The translations under genes and the position numbers were made by a program. Below, in pieces: positions 40,389 through 49,401 of a stretch of 64,000 nucleotides of DNA. The notes beneath the pieces are model-generated. The model was not told where the DNA came from, made no database searches, and was given only the letters and a program-made list of their open reading frames with translations. Position 1 is the stretch's first letter, and the number at the start of each line of letters is the position of its first letter. The stretch covers positions 480,001 through 544,000 of the forward strand of contig CAWDEM010000004.1 in assembly GCA_963801355.1 (NCBI GenBank), read 5' to 3'. This stretch comes from Ignavibacteriota bacterium. GTDB taxonomy: Bacteria; Bacteroidota; Ignavibacteria; UBA10030; UBA6906.

Positions 40389-41711
40389 TCAGCTCAGCCC
40401 CAGTTTCTTCTTGATGGCTTTCAGGGCGGCGGCGGTTATGAAATAGGTGAGGAACAATACACCCATATATACGTACTTGCCAAGGCCTAGGGCGCTCGCA
40501 ACCAATGCGGCAATCGCCGGGATGGCATACTCGGGATAGTAGCGCATCAGAACACCCATCCCGAGCAGGGAGAGCACCATAATCCAATCACCGAGACTTG
40601 TAAAGTACGCCATCAAAGCGAGGACGATTCCCGTGAACGGATACACAACGATATACCTAAATTGCTGCCTTGGAGGCATCTGGCTCCATAAACCGGACAG
40701 AAGAGGCGGTCTCTGGATTTCCCGAAGGCGCTGGAGCACGATCTGCTTTGACTCGTTCTGGGACGGTGCAAGGCGAAGATACTGTATGTATCCATCAATC
40801 GCTTCTTTGGGATGACCGGAAGCATCGAGCGCACTCGCTCTTCGCACAACGGCTTCGGGGTCTGTTGGGTTGGCTTTCGCGTAAGCGTCGAAATCAGGAA
40901 AGGCTTCCTTGGGCTTCTTCAGTAAAATGAGCGCGGACCCCCGGATGAATCGTGTGTACAGGTCGGAAGGATCGAGCTCAATGGCCCGGGTACAGTCCGC
41001 GACCGAGAGTTTGACCGCTTCCAGAGTTACGGATTTCCGAATGAGAAAAAGACGCCCGCGACGGGCGTATGCATCGGCGTTCTTGGGGTCCAGCTCGATT
41101 GCGCGGGTGAAGTCGCGAAACGCCTCATCAGGCATCTCCTTGTGTGCATAGCCAGCACCCCGATCGACGTATGCTGAGGCTTTTCCAGGGGAGAGGCGAA
41201 TGGCAGCGGAATAATCCTCTATGGCAAGATCATACATGTTCTTGCGATGGTAGGAGAGCCCTCGCTCGATGTAGAGGCCCGTTTTGTCGATGGCTCCCTC
41301 TAGCGCGATGGTGCAGTCGGCTATCGCTTCGTCAAACATCCCTTTCGTTCGGTACATCATTGCACGCCAATGATAGGCGGGCCACCTCTCCGGATCGCGG
41401 TCTATCATTGTCGTGAAGTCAGCAATGCCCTCATCGATTCTCCCTAGGTCGAAATATGCTTGTCCCCGTGTAAAGTACGCTTCGATGTTGGACGGGTCGA
41501 ATTGAATGGCCTTTGTAGCATCTGCGACCGCCGCTTCCATGTTACCGGACAGTCGGTACGCTTCGGCCCGTCCGAAAATCGTCGGAGCATCTTCCGGGTC
41601 GAACGACAGGATCTGCGTAAAGGTAGTGACCGCTTCGTTTGGCCGCCCCTTTTCGAGTTGGTCTATTCCCACCCGGAATAGCGCCGCCTTCACTGCCTGG
41701 TCGTAGGCCAT
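40389..41711 (-). CDS. TPR-repeat protein with C-terminal transmembrane helices
   Basis: About 9 TPRs (AYxxRG...AIxDxxxAIxLDP); hydrophobic C-terminus; start MAYDQ with RBS AAAGGA. Confidence 0.85.
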   Translation of the reverse strand: MAYDQAVKAALFRVGIDQLEKGRPNEAVTTFTQILSFDPEDAPTIFGRAEAYRLSGNMEAAVADATKAIQFDPSNIEAYFTRGQAYFDLGRIDEGIADFTTMIDRDPERWPAYHWRAMMYRTKGMFDEAIADCTIALEGAIDKTGLYIERGLSYHRKNMYDLAIEDYSAAIRLSPGKASAYVDRGAGYAHKEMPDEAFRDFTRAIELDPKNADAYARRGRLFLIRKSVTLEAVKLSVADCTRAIELDPSDLYTRFIRGSALILLKKPKEAFPDFDAYAKANPTDPEAVVRRASALDASGHPKEAIDGYIQYLRLAPSQNESKQIVLQRLREIQRPPLLSGLWSQMPPRQQFRYIVVYPFTGIVLALMAYFTSLGDWIMVLSLLGMGVLMRYYPEYAIPAIAALVASALGLGKYVYMGVLFLTYFITAAALKAIKKKLGLS

Positions 41712-42092
41712 TTGATGTTCCTTTGCGAGTGGATGGTGTTGGGACGGGAATGATGCAAGCTTGAAAACGCTGTGCGCTTCGGACGGATACCCATGGGAGG
41801 TTTTGACGTCCCCGATCAAATCTCCCAATGGCGCTATCTAGCGAAGAGCAATGACAAAAGCAAGAGCTGGCAACCGCTGATGCGGGAACTGACCCCATCG
41901 CCAAGAAGTTATCCCCTTTCGAAAGAGTTCATTCTCATCTCGATTTCGGAACCGAGGTGCAGCCTTGGCTCTGGAGATCACGTGTCGGATGGAGGAAAGG
42001 ACGGGACGAAAGAATCAACCTCGATCGTGTGGAAAGCCTGCGCGGAGTGTGGCAAAGCTGTATTGGTTGGCAGCATGTGTGTTCAAAACATG

Positions 42093-42632
42093 CTGTGACG
42101 AGTGTGACAGATTCGTGCTACTTTTTTGTAACTCTATGCAAAGTATGCGCTGTATGCACTCACTCTGCCTCAAAACCGCCACTTTTTCACCGGAACGCGA
42201 GCCTGTGCTTTCTTTGGGACCAAGAAGTCGCAGGTTCAAATCCTGTCGCCCCGACGAAAAACGCGGTTATTTGAGGTGAGAGAAAATCGGGTGTGACGGA
42301 TTTGTGACAGTTCTTTGCATTTGGTGAATAGGAATCGGTCAATGATGCCGGGATTTTGCTAGGTATGGGGTGGAGCCCTTCCCGGAACCAAGAAGTCGCA
42401 TGTTCAAATCCTTTTGGCCCGGCGAAAAGAGGCAGTTTCTAAGCTGTACTTGTTCAGTGACCAAGAAGTCCCAAGTCCCGTCTCGCAGAATTCGTGAGAC
42501 GGGGATCCTCGTTCCGCCGGCAAGGTGAGCTTCGGCTCCGCCTCGCTAACCTTGGGCGGAACGGGATTCGATTTTCGTGGTCACATTATATGGTCCTATC
42601 TTCAGCAAGTTGAAGGTAGGGCTTTTTCATTT
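42093..42632 (+). repeat. ~0.5 kb att-containing direct repeat, copy A
   Basis: Homologous to 47336-47782. Contains TGTGAC pairs on both sides, the intact att core at 42213-42255, decayed cores at 42384 and 42459, and a terminal hairpin. Confidence 0.85.
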
Positions 42633-42671
42633 TACTCCTTGCTCAACTATTCCTCCTAGGGATTCGATTTC

Positions 42672-42700
42672 TTGACATAGTGCATGCATGCTGGTATCTT
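42672..42700 (+). promoter_or_regulatory. sigma70-like promoter
   Basis: TTGACA-N17-TATCTT; supports ATG 42769 as the start of the helicase gene. Confidence 0.6.
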
Positions 42701-42768
42701 TCCGAATCGATCCCAGTTCACCCTACCGAAAAATCACATGCACCGATGATACTCAAGTCTGGATACTT

Positions 42769-45228
42769 ATGAACCGCCGCGAACAAATCATCGCGAAAAT
42801 CACGGAAGCGGAACGTAAGCTGTCGGCTCTTCGCACGGAGTTGGACACAGCTGCCAGCCGACTGACCACTCTGCGAGAAGAATTAGCATCTCTCGTACCT
42901 AAAGAAGACGATGTCACGTTGTCGTCGGATTCCGGCAGACATGTCGATTCGTCCGTCTCAAACGAACAGAAGATCGCCCTTTTCCGGTCTCTCTTTCGTG
43001 GACGCGACGACGTTTTTCCCGTCCGTTGGGAGAGCCCCCGAACTGGGAAATCCGGCTATTCACCCGCCTGTACAAACGAATGGAAAGAGGGGATCTGCCA
43101 GAAGAACAAGATCCCGGGGAAGGACCGCAAACTCACTTGTGCCACCTGTAGCCATCAGGCGTTCCGCCCGGTCTCAGATGAAGAGATAGCAAACCACCTC
43201 AGGGGAACACACATCATGGGAGTTTATCCGCTTCTCCCTGATGAGTCCTGTTGGTTCCTTGCCGTTGATTTCGACGGGGAGTCCTGGCAGGAGGACGTGA
43301 GTTCATTCGCAGAAACCTCCAGGGCTTATGGCTTTCCTGCCGCCGTGGAACGATCCAGATCCGGTCAAGGAGCTCATGCGTGGCTCTTCTTCGCTGCGCG
43401 GGTCGCCGCGGCAGTTGCTCGCTCACTGGGCTGCTTCTTGATCACGGAAACGATGTCCCGTCGTCACGAGCTCTCATTGAGTTCCTATGACCGCCTATTC
43501 CCCAATCAAGATACGCTACCCAAAGGCGGGTTCGGCAATCTTATTGCGCTTCCCCTCCAACGTGAGGCTCGTTTGCAGGGCAATGCATTGTTTGTGGACG
43601 ATGGGTTTGCACCCTATGCAGATCAATGGAAGTTTCTGGTAGGTATAGGGCGTCTTGACGTGGACACTGTTGTGCGTGTAGTGGAAGATGCTGCCGATCG
43701 AGGTCGAATTGTCGGCTTCAAAGAGTATTCCATTACCAATGACCTGAAGCCCAACCCGTCTCGTTTTGATCCCGCCGGTGGTCCGCGTGACAGCGAGGTG
43801 GATGGTAGGGGCCCATCGAGTGTTCAGGCCGTTCTCGCAGAGAGACTGGTTATTCCAAAAGCGGGTTTGTCTTCTCCTCTGCTCAACGAACTGAAGCGCC
43901 TGGCTGCGTTCGCCAACCCGGAATTCTACAAGAAGCAACGCATGAGGCTTTCAACAGCCCTGACACCACGCGTTATCTCATGTGCAGAAGAGTCTGCAGA
44001 TCATATCGCTCTGCCCAGAGGATGCACTGCCGGAGTGAAGGCGTTACTCGGTGACCATGGGATAAGGCTGACTGTTGATGATCGACGCATCGACGGTACC
44101 CCTCTTGGTGTCGAATTTACGGGAAGGCTGTCATCAATTCAGGAAGAAGCCGCCCGCAGCTTGTTGGTCGAGGATCTTGGAATCCTGGTCGCCCCACCTG
44201 GTATCGGGAAAACCGTGATTGGATGCCACCTAATCGCTGCAAGAAACAGAAACACGCTTGTGATTGTTCATCGCCAGCAACTTCTGGCACAGTGGATTGT
44301 GCAGCTTTCGTATTTCCTTGGTCTCGAGCGGGATGAGATTGGTCGGATCGGCGGGGGAAAGAAGAATCGCAACGGGAAACTGGATGTCGCTATGCTTCAG
44401 AGCCTTGTGCATCGTGGGAGGGTCGACGAAGTCGTGAAGGAATACGGATACATTATGGTTGATGAGTGTCACCATTGTCCGGCGTTCTCGTTCGAGCGTG
44501 TCCTGTCCGAAGCAAAGGCTCGCTACTTTACAGGCTTCACAGCTACCCCACAACGGCGCGATGGTCAACACCCGATCATTGAAATGCAACTTGGACCTGC
44601 ACGATTCGTTGTAAACGCTCGGACTCAAAACCAGATGGAACCTTTCCGCCGTCGACTTGTGATCCGAGAGACGCAATTCACATTGGGAGGTATCAACAGC
44701 GACACTGGCATCCAGGGAATCTACGCTGCACTTGCAGCAGATCAGACTCGGAATGATATTATCTTTGACGATGTGGTTGCGGCACTTGAGAAGAAACGGT
44801 CACCAATTCTCCTGACAGAACGAAGAGATCACCTCGAGCACTTTGTCGAACGTCTGAAGCGGTTTACGCGGCATCTGATTGTTCTGCACGGTCGCATGAA
44901 CCCCAAGGATCGGGCTGACGCGTTGTCTCGACTGGCGGCAATCCCTGAGGGTGAGGAGCGGTTGATAGTTGCTACGGGGCGATACATTGGCGAAGGATTT
45001 GACGATGCCCGTCTTGATACTCTGTTTCTGGCTCTCCCTGTATCCTGGAAGGGGACGATTGTGCAATATGCCGGACGCCTCAACCGAGCACACCAAGGCA
45101 AGAGGGACGTCCTCATCTATGACTACTTTGACAAGAACGTGCCAATCTTGCGAAAGATGTTCGACAGACGGCTTCGGGGCTACCATGCAATCGGCTACGG
45201 AGAGGAGAAAAAGCTGCAGCGGTCATGA
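42769..45228 (+). CDS. AEP-TOTE primase-like domain fused to SF2 DExH helicase
   Basis: LFRGRDDVF, FLAVDFD, RSRSGQGAH, DRLFPNQD, GNLIALPL; PPGIGKT, VDECHH, TATP, QYAGRL. Confidence 0.85.
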   Translation: MNRREQIIAKITEAERKLSALRTELDTAASRLTTLREELASLVPKEDDVTLSSDSGRHVDSSVSNEQKIALFRSLFRGRDDVFPVRWESPRTGKSGYSPACTNEWKEGICQKNKIPGKDRKLTCATCSHQAFRPVSDEEIANHLRGTHIMGVYPLLPDESCWFLAVDFDGESWQEDVSSFAETSRAYGFPAAVERSRSGQGAHAWLFFAARVAAAVARSLGCFLITETMSRRHELSLSSYDRLFPNQDTLPKGGFGNLIALPLQREARLQGNALFVDDGFAPYADQWKFLVGIGRLDVDTVVRVVEDAADRGRIVGFKEYSITNDLKPNPSRFDPAGGPRDSEVDGRGPSSVQAVLAERLVIPKAGLSSPLLNELKRLAAFANPEFYKKQRMRLSTALTPRVISCAEESADHIALPRGCTAGVKALLGDHGIRLTVDDRRIDGTPLGVEFTGRLSSIQEEAARSLLVEDLGILVAPPGIGKTVIGCHLIAARNRNTLVIVHRQQLLAQWIVQLSYFLGLERDEIGRIGGGKKNRNGKLDVAMLQSLVHRGRVDEVVKEYGYIMVDECHHCPAFSFERVLSEAKARYFTGFTATPQRRDGQHPIIEMQLGPARFVVNARTQNQMEPFRRRLVIRETQFTLGGINSDTGIQGIYAALAADQTRNDIIFDDVVAALEKKRSPILLTERRDHLEHFVERLKRFTRHLIVLHGRMNPKDRADALSRLAAIPEGEERLIVATGRYIGEGFDDARLDTLFLALPVSWKGTIVQYAGRLNRAHQGKRDVLIYDYFDKNVPILRKMFDRRLRGYHAIGYGEEKKLQRS

Positions 45229-45271
45229 ATATCGGAGTTCTGTGCGGAGAACCACAAATGTACAAGCATGT

Positions 45272-45300
45272 TTGACATTAACATGCATGTTTAATATTAA
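45272..45300 (+). promoter_or_regulatory. promoter with palindromic operator
   Basis: TTGACA-N17-TATTAA with perfect palindrome AACATGCATGTT (45280-45291) in the spacer. Confidence 0.5.
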
Positions 45301-45359
45301 CTTGCAACTTTAACTTATCCTTTTTAGATTAGTCTGAGAAGAACGGCCAAAGTCTCCGA

Positions 45360-46403
45360 ATGTCTGCGGAACACAGTACAGCCAATTCGCCCAACGTGAA
45401 TCAAACACTACCCACATTCCACTTCAAATCTCGCTTGTTCGAAGTCCGTAGTCTGCGCAATGCCATCCTCAAAATGGCCGATGAAATCCAGCAAAAAAAG
45501 ACGTCCCATGCCTATTTGGTCCTAGTAGACCCGAAGGTCACGACATCGAGGCTGAAGGAGGAATGGAAAAAACACGATCAGTTTCTCAAGCCCGAGGTGA
45601 TGCGACGCATTTCTATGGTGGTGGTCAAGGATGGAGAGTACTGGGGGATTCCTGAAGAACCGCCCCCGGAAATTCGGCTCAGGTTGGAGAAATTCTTGCG
45701 CGGCCGCGAGAAGACATCAGGGACGTATTTGCCCCGCAGGAAGGACTACTATGAATTGCTGAAAATCCTTCTCCACAAGTGGTTTCTGGAAGAAGGACCG
45801 ACAACGGCTAAGGAGTTAGCCAGAATTGCGGGCTGTACCTACCCGACTGTGGCCAGAGCCACTCGAAACCTGGCCGGCTACCTTCAGAAAGACTCCCGAC
45901 GTCGAATCGAACTCTCCCGTTTCCCCAAAGATGAGTGGTTTAGATTGCTGGCCGAGGCGGACAGATCTCGCTCTACAATGAATTTCGTGGATCGGTCCGG
46001 TCAACCAAGATCTCCTGAGTCATTGATGCGCCGGCTTCTGAAGACGGGCATCCAGACCGTTGGCGTCGGCGGTGTATTTGGCGCCAAGCATCATTATCCA
46101 GATCTCAATTTAGTGGGAAGTCCTCGTCTTGACCTTTCCGTGCATTGCCCAGGAGACTGGGTTGATCTCGGATTTGTGGAACATTTGGATCCGGCCTTAC
46201 GGCTGAAAGAGAATTCGGGTGAACCCGCAAGCCTGGTGATACATTTCATTCGTCGCAAAGAGTCCTTGTTCATCAAGGCGCAAGACGACCAGGTGTGGGC
46301 TGACCCTGTCGAGTGCCTCCTGGACCTAAGTGAGGCCAGAATGGAATCTCAGGCGCTGGAGTTCCTGCAACACTACATACGCCAACGCCAGGAAACTCTA
46401 TGA
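45360..46403 (+). CDS. AbiEi-like HTH antitoxin/regulator
   Basis: HTH TAKELARIAGCTYPTVAR; C-terminal WADPVECLLDL...ALEFL. Confidence 0.6.
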   Translation: MSAEHSTANSPNVNQTLPTFHFKSRLFEVRSLRNAILKMADEIQQKKTSHAYLVLVDPKVTTSRLKEEWKKHDQFLKPEVMRRISMVVVKDGEYWGIPEEPPPEIRLRLEKFLRGREKTSGTYLPRRKDYYELLKILLHKWFLEEGPTTAKELARIAGCTYPTVARATRNLAGYLQKDSRRRIELSRFPKDEWFRLLAEADRSRSTMNFVDRSGQPRSPESLMRRLLKTGIQTVGVGGVFGAKHHYPDLNLVGSPRLDLSVHCPGDWVDLGFVEHLDPALRLKENSGEPASLVIHFIRRKESLFIKAQDDQVWADPVECLLDLSEARMESQALEFLQHYIRQRQETL

Positions 46404-47329
46404 GTGATATTTCGCCACGCGGCATTCTCAAACAAGTGGCTGATGCCATCCCGCAACAATGCCACAAGAATATTGTCGTAGTCGGAAGTCTTGCCGCTGG
46501 CTACCTGTTGTTGCCCGAGGAATTCGCCCAGACAGTCCGCACCAAGGACATTGACTGCGTCCTGTCACCCTACCTCGAAGCGATTCAATCTGGCAAAGCA
46601 GTGACCGAAACTTTGCTTGCCAGCGGGTGGCGTCCCCGGATGGAAGCCGAGCATGGCGAACCAGGCACCGCTTCAACTTCAGAAAGCGATCTGCCCGCCA
46701 TTCGACTTTATCCACCGGATTCGAAGGAATGGTTTATCGAATTCCTGATGGTTCCGGAATCTGGACGAGAGTCTGGAAAAAAGTGGAGTCGGGTAATCAT
46801 CGACGCTGGGGCCAACTCTGGTCACTATGGACTGCCGAGCTTTCGATTTCTGTCTCTTCTGACGTACGATCCAATCCTGACCGAACTTGGCATCTTCTGT
46901 GCAAGGCCAGAGATGATGGTGCTGGCAAACCTGCTGGAGCACCGATCAATCGGACTGGATATGATGTCTGGAATAATCGGAAGCCGTCGACTCAAGCGAA
47001 GCAACAAAGACTTGGGGAGGGTGTTGGCTATCGGAGCACTGAGCGCTGAAGAAGTAATACAGGGATGGCCGGATACTTGGGAGAGGGGGATGAAGTCTTG
47101 TTTCTCCAGCCAATGGCAGCAATTGGCGGGATCTGCGGGCTCCGGGATGAGGCAGCTGCTAAAATCTGAAGATGACTTCGAGGAAGCCTGGTACACCTGC
47201 GTCAATGGACTGCTTGCAGCAAGAGAACTACAAAAAACAAAAGAGCAACTATTGTTGATTGGCAAGCGTCTGATGCAGGATGCCATCCTCCCGTTGGAAG
47301 AGCGGGCCGGTAGAGCCTCGCGATCTTGA
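46400..47329 (+). CDS. Pol-beta-superfamily nucleotidyltransferase (AbiEii-like toxin)
   Basis: VVVGSLA...RTKDID motif and KD motif (RSNKDLGR); ATGA overlap with the upstream gene. Confidence 0.65.
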   Translation: MSDISPRGILKQVADAIPQQCHKNIVVVGSLAAGYLLLPEEFAQTVRTKDIDCVLSPYLEAIQSGKAVTETLLASGWRPRMEAEHGEPGTASTSESDLPAIRLYPPDSKEWFIEFLMVPESGRESGKKWSRVIIDAGANSGHYGLPSFRFLSLLTYDPILTELGIFCARPEMMVLANLLEHRSIGLDMMSGIIGSRRLKRSNKDLGRVLAIGALSAEEVIQGWPDTWERGMKSCFSSQWQQLAGSAGSGMRQLLKSEDDFEEAWYTCVNGLLAARELQKTKEQLLLIGKRLMQDAILPLEERAGRASRS

Positions 47330-47335
47330 TGAACA

Positions 47336-47782
47336 GGTGTGACAAATCTGTGCTACTTTTTTGTAACTCTATGCACAGTATGCGCAGTATGCACTCACTC
47401 TGCCTCAAAACCGCCACTTTTTCACCAGAATGCAGGGCCTGTGCTTTCTTTGGGACCAAGAAGTCGCAGGTTCAAATCCTGTCGCCCCGACGAACAACGA
47501 GGTTTTTTGATGTGAGAGAATATCGGGTGTGACGGGTTTGTGACAGTACTTTTGGGTTTGGCGAAAACGAATCGGTCATTCAAGCCGTGTTTTCGTTAGT
47601 TGAGATCACTGCGTTTCACCCGGAACCAAGAAGCCACAGGGTTAGGTCCTTCAGTCCGAAAGACAAAGGGCAATTATTTGACTGCGCTTTTACCGGGACC
47701 AAGAAGTCCCGGAAACAGGCTCTCGTAGTAGATTCATACGGTCCTGTCTTCACCATGTTGAAGATAGGGCTTTTCATTTTTT
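47336..47782 (+). repeat. ~0.5 kb att-containing direct repeat, copy B
   Basis: Intact core at 47449-47491, decayed cores at 47622 and 47696, TGTGAC motifs, and the same terminal hairpin as copy A. Confidence 0.85.
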
Positions 47783-47821
47783 GCGCCGTCTCAACTAGAC
47801 CGTTCAGTTGCCGTCTCACAT

Positions 47822-48125
47822 GTAGGGTCTTTGGATGTGTCTTCCGGACATATGGAAAGTAATCTTTACCAGATGCAGCTTTCTATCTGTCCTATCAGCA
47901 CATTTTCCAGACACCGTCTGGAGAATCAGGTGGCCTCGATTCGTCGAGCAGTTCGCAGAAGTCTCGGGCACTGTCTGGAACAAGCGAATTGCTGAGTTGC
48001 CAGAAGATTCAATCCGTGTCAAGCTATTTCCCTCTCCCGTGGTCCGCCTATGCTCGCCTCCTATCGGTGCAAAACGAAAACGCTCGGCATTCCTGCTAGA
48101 CTGAAGCGCTGCGGGGGGGTGGCTT
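47822..48125 (+). pseudogene. DUF1016/YhcG N-terminal domain remnant
   Basis: Fragments NLYQM...FYLSYQHIFQTPSGES and FPLPWSAYARLLSVQNENARHSC*TEALRGG, with frameshifts and a stop. Confidence 0.7.
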
Positions 48126-48248
48126 TTTTGGACGAGGCACAGTGGCAAGTTGAGAATTCCCTTGACTAAAACGACGATTTTCTTATTTTACTTTATACCA
48201 TTAGACTAAAATAAGCGGATTCTTGTTTTACCATGAACAGGATGCCTC

Positions 48249-49385
48249 ATGGACCTGAAGGAATTCAAATCCGGAACATTTCGGCAGCAATACCGATACA
48301 GGAGTTTCACTCCTTCGCTAGTTAATCACATCTGGGTGTGGAGCAATCCGAAAATCAACACACTCCTGGAAGAGGCGAACCACAAACTTGGTTCACTAGA
48401 CGCGTTTTCCAAACAGGTGCCGGATGTCAACTACTTCATCCGGATGCACGTCGTCAAAGAGGCCACGACGTCGAGTCGCATTGAGGGGACACGAACAAAT
48501 GTCGAGGAGGCACTCCTTCGGGCGAACGACATTGCTCCTGAGAGACGAGACGATTGGCAGGAGGTTCAGAACTACATCGCTGCCATCAACTACGCCGTGA
48601 AGCGCCTTCAAAGAGTGCCTGTCTCCACTCGACTTCTAAAGGAAACACACAAGATCCTATTGAGCAAAGGACGCGGCGCAAAGAAGTCGCCCGGGGAGTA
48701 TCGCAGGAGCCAGAACTGGATCGGCGGATCATCGATCAAGGATGCAATGTTTGTTCCGCCTTCACACGAAGAAGTTGACAGACTTATGAGCGACCTGGAG
48801 AACTTCCTTCATAACGATGGGATCGATGTTCCGAATCTCATCCGCATTGCCATTGCCCACTACCAGTTTGAGACTATCCACCCATTTCTTGATGGCAACG
48901 GACGTATCGGCCGCCTGCTCATAACGCTGTACCTGGTTAGCAAGGGTCTGCTCGTGAAGCCGACACTCTATCTCTCGGAGTACTTCGAGAAACACCGTTC
49001 CGCCTACTATGATAAGCTGATGCTTGCAAGATCAAAGGATGATTTGACTCAGTGGATCACGTTTTTCCTCGTTGCAGTCACAGAAACATGCAAAAAGGGT
49101 GTCTCGACGTTCGAAAAGATTCAAAGGCTACGTGATGATGTTGAAGGAAAGAGGATTGTGGTTCTTGGGAAGAAGATCCCGAAGGCAAGGGAACTGGTGG
49201 TGAATCTCTACCGGACTCCGAGAGTCAGTGCGGCGGATGTCGGCAAAATACTCAAGGTCACTCAGAAAACGGTCAATGAACTGATCCAGGACCTTGTCCA
49301 TCTCAAAGTCCTTGTCGAAGTGACAGGAGGCCGCCGGAACCGCGTCTTCTCGTTCGAAGAATATGTGGATCTTTTTTCTAAGTGA
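48249..49385 (+). CDS. Fic family protein (class II, N-terminal inhibitory motif)
   Basis: HPFLDGNGRIGR; inhibitory SSRIEG; C-terminal wHTH ending TGGRRNRVF. Confidence 0.92.
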   Translation: MDLKEFKSGTFRQQYRYRSFTPSLVNHIWVWSNPKINTLLEEANHKLGSLDAFSKQVPDVNYFIRMHVVKEATTSSRIEGTRTNVEEALLRANDIAPERRDDWQEVQNYIAAINYAVKRLQRVPVSTRLLKETHKILLSKGRGAKKSPGEYRRSQNWIGGSSIKDAMFVPPSHEEVDRLMSDLENFLHNDGIDVPNLIRIAIAHYQFETIHPFLDGNGRIGRLLITLYLVSKGLLVKPTLYLSEYFEKHRSAYYDKLMLARSKDDLTQWITFFLVAVTETCKKGVSTFEKIQRLRDDVEGKRIVVLGKKIPKARELVVNLYRTPRVSAADVGKILKVTQKTVNELIQDLVHLKVLVEVTGGRRNRVFSFEEYVDLFSK

Positions 49386-49401
49386 AGCACTGTCAAACAG
49401 T

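Noticed and set aside
42213-42470. CRISPR array from recurring GACCAAGAAGTC
   Set aside because: Spacing is irregular, the copies are degenerate and tRNA-derived, and no cas genes are present.
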